This document shows positions 37,954-47,161 of a stretch of DNA of 64,000 bases, piece after piece (position 1 is the first letter of the stretch; each line of letters begins with the position of its first letter). This stretch comes from Alphaproteobacteria bacterium (GTDB lineage Bacteria; Pseudomonadota; Alphaproteobacteria; RF32; CAG-239): NCBI GenBank assembly GCA_017546315.1, contig JAFYXH010000003.1:1536-65535 (forward strand), read 5' to 3'. Under the pieces are notes generated by a model that saw nothing but the letters and a program-made list of their open reading frames with translations, did not search any database and was not told where the DNA came from. The translations under genes were made by a program, and so were the position numbers.

Positions 37954-39108
37954 TTAAGAAAGTTCTCTCATCAACATACTTCTAAGAGACATGTCCTTAT
38001 CACACAAATACGATAAAAACATCCTAAAGTAGTTGAATTTTTCCATCTCTAAATCAGCCGGCTCTTGTTTGAGAAACTCGATGAGCTCATCTTTGATTTC
38101 ATCATCACTTTTCCAAAGGTCAACAACAAACTGAACATTGTTGCCAGTAAAGGTCAAAAACTGCTTATTTACAACCGAAGGTTCTTGAGTAAGTCCAACA
38201 AGCACTCTGCCAAAAGCAAGCTTATTAAAACCGTGTCGCTTTAAGGTTCTGTTATAAAAAACATTTCCTTCATCAAACAAAAGCACATCATTACCTTTTT
38301 TGTATAAAGGAATATTTGCTTTTTCACACTTCTTGTGATTTTGGCAATCAAAGAAATCTTCACCGATTTGGTAAAATCTCTTGTTATAAGAAGCATTTAC
38401 ACCTTCTTTTTCACCAATAAGCTTAGCTTTTTTATCATAGAGATAACATTTATCTCCAGCCATTGCAAAAAAGTCACCATTTTCCAAAAAAATGACCTTG
38501 CTCAAACCGTCAACGAGCTTAACTTCCTTGAAGTGATTGTCAAAGAGCTTTGCAGTTCCATCTTTGTATAAGACATAAACAAAACCTTCGTTGTTGTCTT
38601 GCATTTCTGCAATGTTGTCATACTCGCCAACATAAAACAACTTTTTCAAATCAAATTTGTTAGCCTTGCCAAGATAGCACTTATTTTGACATCTAGTAGC
38701 AATAGTATTGTAGTTGAACCAAAACTTGCTGATAAGCTTAAATCCTGAACAACAGCGCGTATAACCTTTTTCTCTTGATTCAACCACAGCAGTGTAATAG
38801 CTTTTTTGGAAAACAAATTTCATCTTAATCTTTCCCTTCGGGCTAAACAAGTAAACATCTTCTTTATTGATTCCTATGATACCGTATCCAGACATCATAA
38901 AATACGCAAATTCGATATTGCTAATGATTTGATGAGAGGAAATCGGATCATAAAGAAAAATGTCTTCACCAATGCTATGAAGAATAAGTCCATTATGAAG
39001 AATTCTTGTATAAGCATCCTTAGAATAGAGCTTTCCAAGAGTTTTCCAATAATCACGAACAGTTGCTTTAGACAACCCCTCAAAATCTAACGATTTAATT
39101 TCACACAT
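37954..39108 (-). CDS. Beta-rich repeat orphan protein (384 aa), family member A
   Basis: Recurrent hydrophobic-(F/Y)D(K/N/P) strands are present (IFLYDP, AKLFDN, CYLYDKK). The N-terminus is RDYWKTL. No RBS is visible. Confidence 0.5.
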   Translation of the reverse strand: MCEIKSLDFEGLSKATVRDYWKTLGKLYSKDAYTRILHNGLILHSIGEDIFLYDPISSHQIISNIEFAYFMMSGYGIIGINKEDVYLFSPKGKIKMKFVFQKSYYTAVVESREKGYTRCCSGFKLISKFWFNYNTIATRCQNKCYLGKANKFDLKKLFYVGEYDNIAEMQDNNEGFVYVLYKDGTAKLFDNHFKEVKLVDGLSKVIFLENGDFFAMAGDKCYLYDKKAKLIGEKEGVNASYNKRFYQIGEDFFDCQNHKKCEKANIPLYKKGNDVLLFDEGNVFYNRTLKRHGFNKLAFGRVLVGLTQEPSVVNKQFLTFTGNNVQFVVDLWKSDDEIKDELIEFLKQEPADLEMEKFNYFRMFLSYLCDKDMSLRSMLMRELS

Positions 39109-39221
39109 AAAAATAAAATTTTTAATTAAACATATATATAAACACTGAAATTATATAATATACAAAAAAAATATTTTGTCAATACTGCTTTCTAGTATTA
39201 TAAATTTTTCTTTTTAATCAC

Positions 39222-39253
39222 AAAAAAAGAACTCACCAACAAGGAGAGTTCTT
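39222..39253 (-). terminator. Rho-independent terminator
   Basis: AAGAACTC-N11-GAGTTCTT with an A-run on the + strand. Confidence 0.55.
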
Positions 39254-39264
39254 TACATAAAGCT

Positions 39265-40314
39265 TTAACTAATTAAAGCTTGCGAAAGTTTATCAAGGTA
39301 TTCCACATCTACTTTAGCCTCAAACAAATATTTCTCATGGAATGATAAATCTTTAGTTATTAAACAAGGATAAAACCTATTATTATACCAAAAGACAAAT
39401 AAAATCTTATCATCAATATCATAGCAATCACCACTATCACTAGGGTAGAAAGCCTTTTTTCTTCCATTAAAGATAACATAAGGCTTAATAAAGAGCACAT
39501 AAGAAAATACCTCTTTTAAGAGTTTGTCATTATACTCAGAGATAAAACGCCCTTTGTGAGTTTCTGCAATCAAGCTATCCTCAAAAACAACAGCATATTT
39601 TCCAAGAGGCTTAATTCCTTCAGGTTTGCCTGATTTTAACAAAACCAAAGGGTTGTCAAGATTGTTGTTTTCAACATCACATGCTTGATAAGCCCCATAT
39701 TGGATAAGTTCTGATATGCCATTATTATAGTAAACAATAGCACGTCCGCGGCATAAAAACTTAAAATCACTAACATTTTTAAGTTCTTTTGTTTTTTTCG
39801 TAATATCTAATATAAAAACATCATTTCTAACATCTCTATATGAAAAATTACCTCGATTATCCGCACCCAAAACAACAACTTGACTATCAAGTCTATAAAG
39901 TTTTACCATACACTCTTCGCCTTCATCAGGAGCTTTCGTCAAAAGAACTGAAAGAAAAACATTTCCAACTCTGATTATCAAGGCCGAACCATCAACAACG
40001 GTAAGATGAGCATGCTCAATACATTTTATCTCAAAAAAAGAAACTTCTTTATCAAGATAATACACCACAATACCGCCTTTGTTTACATCTTTAACAATGG
40101 TATATCCTGTGTTAAATAAAACAAAAATATCTCTCCCATTATTAAAATCTAAACGCAAAATAGCATTTTGGTCATAAATCTTAACTCTCAAGTTAGATGT
40201 TGAGGGGGCTTTTTCATGTGTTGCAAACCACCCATTTGGGAAAAACTGCAAACAACCATCAGCACTAAACTGATGGTTCGCAAAAAACGCATAATACCTA
40301 GCTAAGTTTATCAT
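39265..40314 (-). CDS. Beta-rich repeat orphan protein (349 aa), family member B
   Basis: N-terminus ARYYAFF, plus VKIYDQN. Size, strand and composition resemble its neighbours. Confidence 0.45.
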   Translation of the reverse strand: MINLARYYAFFANHQFSADGCLQFFPNGWFATHEKAPSTSNLRVKIYDQNAILRLDFNNGRDIFVLFNTGYTIVKDVNKGGIVVYYLDKEVSFFEIKCIEHAHLTVVDGSALIIRVGNVFLSVLLTKAPDEGEECMVKLYRLDSQVVVLGADNRGNFSYRDVRNDVFILDITKKTKELKNVSDFKFLCRGRAIVYYNNGISELIQYGAYQACDVENNNLDNPLVLLKSGKPEGIKPLGKYAVVFEDSLIAETHKGRFISEYNDKLLKEVFSYVLFIKPYVIFNGRKKAFYPSDSGDCYDIDDKILFVFWYNNRFYPCLITKDLSFHEKYLFEAKVDVEYLDKLSQALIS

Positions 40315-40358
40315 AAATTTTAATTTTATGGTTATTATACACTTCTTTTCTTAAACAA

Positions 40359-40381
40359 AGTCCCCTTAAAAAGAGGGGACT
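40359..40381 (-). terminator. Terminator-like hairpin
   Basis: AGTCCCCT-TAAAAAG-AGGGGACT. Confidence 0.5.
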
Positions 40382-40393
40382 TAATACTTCAAT

Positions 40394-41389
40394 TTAATGA
40401 GTTAGCATTTCTCTTAATCGCTTAAAATACAAGCCATCACCAGCAGCATCAACTTTTTGACAATCTACAAATGATAAAGGAAAAATCATCCCTTGTGAGT
40501 AGATGATAGCCAATTTGGTTCCCAAACGGAAGTTAGAAGCAGCAGCATTCATAAGCTTTCCGCCAAGATAATGTCCAACACCATACTTGTTCACAATTTT
40601 GTGAGAGAACAATAAAGTTCCGTCGCAAGTGATGTTTTCAACACTAGGCTCTTCCTCACCGATGATGTCGCCTTTGAAGTTCAGCAACAACTTTTCTTCA
40701 AAACCAATGAAATTAGCTCCTCTGATTGTGATACCGTATGTTCTATGTGCAGTAGCAAGCAAATTGATATCTTTATCAAAAAGACAACAATGATGGAGAT
40801 ATCTAGCGATAAAACTACCACTTGGCAACATATCAATGCCTAACATATCACAATTAGGATAGTTTATTTTTGATGTGACATCTTCATTTTCCTTGAAAAT
40901 ACATTTTTTACCGGAACTTGTGTCAATTACATAAATTTCACTATCAAGCGAAGCGTTAATAGATTTGGGATAACATATATCACCCAAATTATTGATTATC
41001 TGAGGTTGCTTATCTCTAAATACTCTATAAATGAAAACTTCATCTGACACATTATTTATAGTGCGTGTGAGTATCAAAGAGCCGGAAATATTTGGTTTTA
41101 AAGTGGTGGCACACTTGATTATGTAGGGGCTATCAAGTTCTACGCCATCTTTAGCGAAAACAGTGATTGCACTAATATCAAGTTTAACAATCATCCCATT
41201 GGCCAAAATTTCATAACCAAAGCTAGCATCACTATGGTAAAGAGTTTGCAACAATTCACATTCAGCGGAATAGATTTCAATGTATTCAGCATAACAGAGA
41301 GCGAAGTTAAAGTTCTGAAAGAACTCCACTCTAATTACATTTTTGCAATTTTTCTTTGAGAAAAAATCCCAATAATTTTTTAAATTCAT
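40394..41389 (-). CDS. Beta-rich repeat orphan protein (331 aa), family member C
   Basis: N-terminus KNYWDFF, plus CCLFDKD. No RBS is visible. Confidence 0.45.
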   Translation of the reverse strand: MNLKNYWDFFSKKNCKNVIRVEFFQNFNFALCYAEYIEIYSAECELLQTLYHSDASFGYEILANGMIVKLDISAITVFAKDGVELDSPYIIKCATTLKPNISGSLILTRTINNVSDEVFIYRVFRDKQPQIINNLGDICYPKSINASLDSEIYVIDTSSGKKCIFKENEDVTSKINYPNCDMLGIDMLPSGSFIARYLHHCCLFDKDINLLATAHRTYGITIRGANFIGFEEKLLLNFKGDIIGEEEPSVENITCDGTLLFSHKIVNKYGVGHYLGGKLMNAAASNFRLGTKLAIIYSQGMIFPLSFVDCQKVDAAGDGLYFKRLREMLTH

Positions 41390-41523
41390 AAGCTAATAAT
41401 TTAATTAATTAAACATAATTCTTAAATAATTACGAACTTTGTAGCAGAAATGATGTTTTTTGTCAATATAAATTATTATTAACGGCTAAGAGCTCGGAGT
41501 GTAAAAAAAAATAAATGAAATTC

Positions 41524-41734
41524 ACCACAAAAAAAGAGGGCGACGAAACCCCCTCTTAAAAGTCCTAACAAACTTTTTACTATCTTTAAGTCAAAACTCG
41601 ATACAGAAGTTTGGTTCCATCATGCAAGGGTAAGGAACATCATCAAACTAAAGGTAAATGTGTATTTAAGCCCGCAATTTACCAGCGTCAACTTCTAAGT
41701 AAGAAGGGAAATCACGTGTTTGAGATCAAGTAGC
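41524..41734 (-). pseudogene. Decayed copy A of the rpsD terminator plus the last ~50 codons of rpsD
   Basis: It aligns with 41911-42125 over the terminator and over ...YPCMMEPN. It then diverges and ends in a premature TGA (PNFCIEF*). Confidence 0.85.
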
Positions 41735-41748
41735 ATGCAAAATAAGCT

Positions 41749-41910
41749 CAAAAAAAGAGGGCGTCTAAGCACCCCCTCATAAAAAGTCCTAACAAACTTT
41801 TTATTATCTTGAGTAGAACTCGATACAGAAGTTTGGTTCCATAACTTAAAGTAGTAAACATCATCAAACTAAAGGTAAATGTGTATTTAAGCCTTCAATT
41901 TACTTTGCGC
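41749..41910 (-). pseudogene. Decayed copy B of the rpsD terminator plus the rpsD 3' end
   Basis: It retains MEPNFCIEFYSR* but has an in-frame TAA just upstream. Copies A and B share variants (CTAAAGGTAAATGTG) absent from the live gene. Confidence 0.85.
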
Positions 41911-41915
41911 CAACA

Positions 41916-41944
41916 CAAAAAAAGAGGGCGACGAAACACCCTCT
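41916..41944 (-). terminator. rpsD Rho-independent terminator
   Basis: AGAGGG-N10-CCCTCT with an A-run on the + strand. Copies lie at ~41530 and ~41755. Confidence 0.65.
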
Positions 41945-41967
41945 TAAAAGTCCTAACAAACTTTTTA

Positions 41968-42582
41968 TTATCTTGAATAGAACTCGATAACCAAGTTTGG
42001 TTCCATCATGCAAGGGTAAGGAACATCATCAAACTTAGGAACAAATGTGTATTTAGCTGTCAATTTACCAGCGTCAACTTCCATATAAGAAGGGAAATCA
42101 CGTGTTTGAGATTGAACAGCAGCCAATACAACAGCCAAGTTCTTAGATTTTTCACGAACTTCAATTACATCACCAGCCTTAACAATGTAAGAAGGGATGT
42201 TAACTTTTTTACCATTAACAGTAACATGACCGTGGTTTACAAATTGACGAGCAGCAAACACAGTTGGAACAAACTTAGCTTTGTAAACCAAGTTATCCAA
42301 ACGAGACTCTAACAAGCCAATCAAGTTTTCAGCAGCATCACCACGTCTTCTGATAGCTTCTTCATAATATTTATGGAATTGTTTCTCAGAAATGTTACCA
42401 TAGTAAACTTTTAATCTTTGTTTAGCATATAATTGTTCACCGTAGTCAGTAGTCTTTTTTCTTCTTTGACCATGTTGACCAGGAGCATAATTTCTTTTCA
42501 AAATAGGGCTGTTTGGATCACCCCAAAGGTTGTGACCATAGCGACGGCTATTTTTCTTTTTTGCATTAACAATACTTTTCAT
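41968..42582 (-). CDS. rpsD: 30S ribosomal protein S4
   Basis: The sequence is full-length S4-like, from ...[10 protein letters not shown]... through the S4 RNA-binding domain [14 protein letters not shown]...[17 protein letters not shown]. Confidence 0.97.
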   Translation of the reverse strand: MKSIVNAKKKNSRRYGHNLWGDPNSPILKRNYAPGQHGQRRKKTTDYGEQLYAKQRLKVYYGNISEKQFHKYYEEAIRRRGDAAENLIGLLESRLDNLVYKAKFVPTVFAARQFVNHGHVTVNGKKVNIPSYIVKAGDVIEVREKSKNLAVVLAAVQSQTRDFPSYMEVDAGKLTAKYTFVPKFDDVPYPCMMEPNLVIEFYSR

Positions 42583-42762
42583 TTTATAAAGATCCTTATT
42601 AAATTTAATTTATTTATTTTTGTCCCGATAGTTTTGTCTCACTGCATCTTTAAGCAAATCACTTCACCAAAGCACACGCAAACGGGGTATTTGCTACCCT
42701 CTTTTTCGGAAGTAGCTTGAAAATAACGTTAATATTTTTATTTTGCAAGCTTTTTTTTGCAT

Positions 42763-43482
42763 TTAGTAGAAGTTTTTTGTGATTTTGCTAAGAATAGGCT
42801 CGTTTATTCCAACAAGTTCACCATTCTTAAGTCTTAATTGTTTGTTCATCCTGCTTGCTAACTCCATATTATGAGTTGCAATAAGAGCAGAAAGACCAGT
42901 TTCTTTAATAACATCAATCAACATCAAAAATACTTCTTCAGCAGTATTTGGGTCTAGATTACCTGTTGGCTCATCCGCTAATAGTAGTTTAGGGGAATTA
43001 GATAAAGCTCTAGCAATTGCCACTCTTTGTTGTTCCCCGCCTGAAAGTTCTGCAGGTCTATGGTTGAGCCTATGTGCAAGGTGAAGTTTTTCTAAGAGCA
43101 TAACCGCTCTATCTTTTGCTTCAGATTTATCTTTTCCTGCAATAAGCATTGGTAACATGACATTTTCAATGGCGCTAAAATCTCCCAATAAATTATGATA
43201 TTGATAAACAAATCCAATATAATTACTTCTCAATCTAGTTCTAGTATCATCACCAGACTTACTAACATTAACACCATTTATGATAACTTGCCCAGATGTA
43301 GGTTTATCAAGGAGTCCTGCAATTTGAAGAAGAGTTGATTTACCAGCTCCAGATTGTCCGACTAAAGCCACAACTTCTTTTTCCTTAATTTCGAGATTAA
43401 CCCCAGATAGAACCTCAAGATTTTGCTTACCTTGATGATAATTTTTTACAACATTTTTAAGTTCTAGCACCATATTATTCAT
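42763..43482 (-). CDS. lolD: Lipoprotein-releasing ABC transporter ATP-binding protein LolD
   Basis: Walker A is GQSGAGKST, the signature is [15 protein letters not shown], and Walker B is [15 protein letters not shown] 43482 overlaps the lolC stop. Confidence 0.9.
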   Translation of the reverse strand: MNNMVLELKNVVKNYHQGKQNLEVLSGVNLEIKEKEVVALVGQSGAGKSTLLQIAGLLDKPTSGQVIINGVNVSKSGDDTRTRLRSNYIGFVYQYHNLLGDFSAIENVMLPMLIAGKDKSEAKDRAVMLLEKLHLAHRLNHRPAELSGGEQQRVAIARALSNSPKLLLADEPTGNLDPNTAEEVFLMLIDVIKETGLSALIATHNMELASRMNKQLRLKNGELVGINEPILSKITKNFY

Positions 43483-44731
43483 AACGCAAAGCCTCCACAG
43501 GATCCATTTTTGCAGCCCGATATGCCGGATACAAAGTTGCAACAAAAGAAAGAGAAAGCGAAATCAAAGCAACCATTACCACAACATTTGTTTCAACCTT
43601 TGCTGGTAATTGTGATAAAAAGTAAATTTCAGCCGCAAATAAATCACGCCCCGCAACAGTTTGTAAAAACTGCCTGATATTTTCAATATTATCGCAGAAC
43701 AATAATCCTAAAGCAACACCAATAACGGTACCAACAACGCCAATCATCGCTCCATCAAAAAAGAATATGCGCATAATAGCACCTTTAGAAGCTCCCATAG
43801 TGCGAAGCACTGCAATATCACGGCCTTTATCTTTAACAAGCATAATAAGTCCTGTGATAATATTGAATGCTGCAACCAAGATAATAAGTGTCAAAACAAT
43901 AAACATAACATTGCGCTCAACATCAATCGCATTAAAGAATGCTGAATTAGTCTGCCTATAATCATAGATGTAAGCTCTATTATTAGAATTTGCAATTGCA
44001 TGACCAATAAGCTCTCTTGTATAGTCAATATCAGCATCATCTCTTAAAGATACATCAATCATACTAACGCTATCATCAAAAGAGAAAAACTTCATCGCTC
44101 CCTCTAATGGCATAAACACAAAGTTTGCATCATATTCATACATACCAAAATTAAAAGTTCCGGCAACTTTATATGTTTTCATCCTAGGGACAGTCCCAAA
44201 CATAGTAACCTTTCCTTGAGGAGATAATAATGTGATTTCATCTCCTTCAATAACACCAAGCTTGTTTGCAAGCTTATAGCCAAGAACAACAACATCCCCC
44301 TCAAAGAATGTTAAATCAAAATTCTTAAATCCTTCACGAAGTACAGCCTTTTTCTTGATATCATTTCCACGAATACCTCTAACCATAACGCCTTCTGCGC
44401 TATTTCCTGCAGTTGCTAGAAGTTGTTTTTCAATCATTGGTATAGCAATATCAACCCCTTTAATTTCACTTTCCAAAAGTTTTACAGCTTCTTTATAATT
44501 GCTAAATGGGTGATTTGTAATACTAACAATGCTAATATGACCGTTAATTCCTAAAATTCGTCCCAATAGCTCAGACTTAAAACCATTCATAACCGAAGTA
44601 ACAATAATAAGTGTTGCTACCCCCAAAGCTATACCAATTCCAGCAAAAGATGTAATAACAGATATAAAACCTTCTTTTCTTTTGGCTCTTAGATATCTAA
44701 AAGCTACCATACTCTCAAATTTAGAAAACAT
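43475..44731 (-). CDS. lolC: Lipoprotein-releasing system permease (LolC/LolE family)
   Basis: The N-terminus is FESMVAFRYLRAKRKEGF. A MacB-like periplasmic domain and a C-terminal FtsX domain are present. RBS AAGGAG precedes ATG 44731. Confidence 0.88.
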   Translation of the reverse strand: MFSKFESMVAFRYLRAKRKEGFISVITSFAGIGIALGVATLIIVTSVMNGFKSELLGRILGINGHISIVSITNHPFSNYKEAVKLLESEIKGVDIAIPMIEKQLLATAGNSAEGVMVRGIRGNDIKKKAVLREGFKNFDLTFFEGDVVVLGYKLANKLGVIEGDEITLLSPQGKVTMFGTVPRMKTYKVAGTFNFGMYEYDANFVFMPLEGAMKFFSFDDSVSMIDVSLRDDADIDYTRELIGHAIANSNNRAYIYDYRQTNSAFFNAIDVERNVMFIVLTLIILVAAFNIITGLIMLVKDKGRDIAVLRTMGASKGAIMRIFFFDGAMIGVVGTVIGVALGLLFCDNIENIRQFLQTVAGRDLFAAEIYFLSQLPAKVETNVVVMVALISLSLSFVATLYPAYRAAKMDPVEALRYE

Positions 44732-44804
44732 GCTCAATACTCCTTTTATATTAAACCATATAATCATAAACCATATATGCAAGCAACTTTATTCATCTCT
44801 CCAC

Positions 44805-44831
44805 AAAAAAGCACCCCAAATCAAGGGGTGC
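44805..44831 (-). terminator. Rho-independent terminator
   Basis: GCACCCC-AAATCAA-GGGGTGC with an A6 run on the + strand. Confidence 0.6.
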
Positions 44832-44843
44832 AAAACTTTTAGC

Positions 44844-45590
44844 CTAGAGTAATTTGTTTAAGAGTTCATCTGTTTTAATCATTTCAATAAAAAAATCATC
44901 ACTCATCAACTGTGTCAAATCACCATTCCAAACAAGCTTGTCTTTTTGAGCGTCTTTATCTGTTTTGAATATTTCAATTTTTTCGCCCCGCTTAACGGCG
45001 TAGAGTTCACCAATAACCACAAAGGCATCCACATTCAAAACCAAAGGATTTAAGTTTTTTTCAAACACCGAGATTTTATCTTCGCTATAGCAAATCATAA
45101 ATCTGTCATTTACATCATCAACCACAATCTCATAATTAGTTGTTGTGATATTGGTGCTGTTTTTGTCATAAAGGGCAAACTCGCCATTAAATTTTACGAC
45201 ATACCATCCGTTTTTATAAAAAAAGACATCCTCAAAATCAGTTATCACCACTTCGTTTTCGCTATTTACAAGTTTTCTTTCCTTCTTTTTATCATAAAAA
45301 GCATACCACTGATTGGCAAAACAAGTAAATTTCTTCAAAGAACTGGCAAGTTTTTTCCCGTCTTTATCAAATAAAATAAAGCAGTTCTTGACTTTAACTT
45401 CAAGCAAGCACTCGTGTTCAAAAACACTCAACACATTATCTGCAATTTTCTTTTTATTTGCGTCAAATAAAGCATTATCCAACAAAAACATTTTATTGAA
45501 AAATACCTTACTAACCCCATCATTACTTCGTTCCAAAATGTTTTTTTTATCATCTGGAACAAAACCACAGTTTTTATTTTCCATAAACAT
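44844..45590 (-). CDS. Beta-rich repeat orphan protein (248 aa), family member D (WG/KWG-repeat-like)
   Basis: FILFDKDGKKLA, YAFYDKKKERK and GWYVVKFNGEFALYDKN. Confidence 0.45.
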   Translation of the reverse strand: MFMENKNCGFVPDDKKNILERSNDGVSKVFFNKMFLLDNALFDANKKKIADNVLSVFEHECLLEVKVKNCFILFDKDGKKLASSLKKFTCFANQWYAFYDKKKERKLVNSENEVVITDFEDVFFYKNGWYVVKFNGEFALYDKNSTNITTTNYEIVVDDVNDRFMICYSEDKISVFEKNLNPLVLNVDAFVVIGELYAVKRGEKIEIFKTDKDAQKDKLVWNGDLTQLMSDDFFIEMIKTDELLNKLL

Positions 45591-45758
45591 ATAATTTTAA
45601 TTAACAAAATAATAAATTTGAAACATGCACTCTATACAAAATTTTTTATAAATCAAGCAAAAAAACTAAAAATAGCTAGCACTTAGCACAAAAGAAAAAG
45701 GCACGTTTCACAACGCACCTTTATCAAACCCCAATTAAACCAAAGAAACGGAAAATTT

Positions 45759-46421
45759 TTATAACATATCTTTGTTATCTTTGCTTCTTGGACGGGCAAC
45801 CTTTTGAGAAGACAGATTTGCAGATTTATTCTTAAAACCTGAACTTGTATTCTTGCCCAAAAATTCAACAGTAGTTCTTGGGAGGTAGTCGTGCAAAAAG
45901 CGTCCTCCTTCAACAGCTGCTTTTTCTTTCATCTTCTTGATGTCCTTGGTAAACAAAACAGGAATAAGCACTTTGTGTCCCATGTCATCTTCAAACAAAT
46001 GCAGATATGAAGCTTCAGTGTCGCTTAACACATATACTTCAGCATACCAGCCAAGCTTGTTTATAAAATGAACCACTGCTTTTTTCTCAGTGTCCAAATA
46101 GCACCAATGTGCCTTTACTTCACCACCTTGCTCAATTGCTTTTATATGGCGAAGGACAACATCAATAAATGGAGTACTTGCATCAAACATCGTTTTATCT
46201 TCCATTTGGAAAACTTTTTCCGAAATGTTTGATTGGGCACACTTGTCAGCTAAGTTGCTGGCAAAATCATACATTTTGCCTTTGCCGATAGACAATGGAT
46301 GATGAAACAAGAACTGGTTAAAGTTCTTTGCTTGCTTACTTGCACCTTTTCCCCAACTATTGAATAACTTACTACAATTTAAAGACCACTCCAATGTAGT
46401 CTTAATGTTCTTTTTTCTCAT
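45759..46421 (-). CDS. Hypothetical protein (220 aa from ATG 46421)
   Basis: Long ORF with a basic C-terminal tail. The start is uncertain. Confidence 0.4.
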   Translation of the reverse strand: MRKKNIKTTLEWSLNCSKLFNSWGKGASKQAKNFNQFLFHHPLSIGKGKMYDFASNLADKCAQSNISEKVFQMEDKTMFDASTPFIDVVLRHIKAIEQGGEVKAHWCYLDTEKKAVVHFINKLGWYAEVYVLSDTEASYLHLFEDDMGHKVLIPVLFTKDIKKMKEKAAVEGGRFLHDYLPRTTVEFLGKNTSSGFKNKSANLSSQKVARPRSKDNKDML

Positions 46422-46543
46422 AAATATATAAAAATTATTAGTTTTCTGCCACAATATAACAGTATTTGGGGATTTTGTCAAATATTTTTTTTACTAAAAT
46501 CGTGATAAATCTAAAAACAGGTCTAATACATTGATAAATACCA

Positions 46544-46569
46544 ATAAAAAACGCCACCCGAAGATGGCG
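46544..46569 (-). terminator. Rho-independent terminator of the MCE operon
   Basis: CGCCA-CCCGAAGA-TGGCG with an A-run on the + strand. Confidence 0.6.
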
Positions 46570-46593
46570 TATAGGAGTTTTTAAAGAAAATAA

Positions 46594-47160
46594 CTATTTA
46601 AGATTGACAATATCATTTGCAATAGCATCAGATAATTCACCAATCATAAGGCTAAGTGTATTAACATACTCATCATATCCACCTTCAAACGCATTTGCTT
46701 TATAAAAATTTCGAGATTTAATAAGCTTTCCATTTTTATCTCTAATAAAATAAGACGCATCTAGTTTTGCATATTCGTCAAGTCTTCCAATCAAATCCTT
46801 AAATTCAATCGCCACATCATATTTGAAGTTTTTTCTAATTCCTGACTGGTTTTCAACCATAGCATTCTCAAATATATTGCTTAAATTGTCGTTGATTGCT
46901 TGTTGAATGAGTTTATCAACACTTCCACCCCAACGATTAAATTCATCAATATTTAAGATATAATCCTCTTTTCCTAAGGTTGTAATCTGAGGTCTAGCCA
47001 TAATATTTGGCAACATAACATTGCTAATTCGAATAGTATCCTTAAAGTCTTTATACGAAACCTTGCTCTCTTTAACCCCAATAGGCTGGTAGAAATTAGG
47101 TTTAGAACTCATACAACCACTCATCATAATCATAAAAAGCATTATAACAATTTTTTTCAT
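46594..47160 (-). CDS. ABC-transport auxiliary lipoprotein (PqiC/DUF330-like)
   Basis: Lipobox MSGC. It lies directly downstream of the MCE protein gene, and its size is typical. Confidence 0.6.
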   Translation of the reverse strand: MKKIVIMLFMIMMSGCMSSKPNFYQPIGVKESKVSYKDFKDTIRISNVMLPNIMARPQITTLGKEDYILNIDEFNRWGGSVDKLIQQAINDNLSNIFENAMVENQSGIRKNFKYDVAIEFKDLIGRLDEYAKLDASYFIRDKNGKLIKSRNFYKANAFEGGYDEYVNTLSLMIGELSDAIANDIVNLK

Positions 47161-47161
47161 C

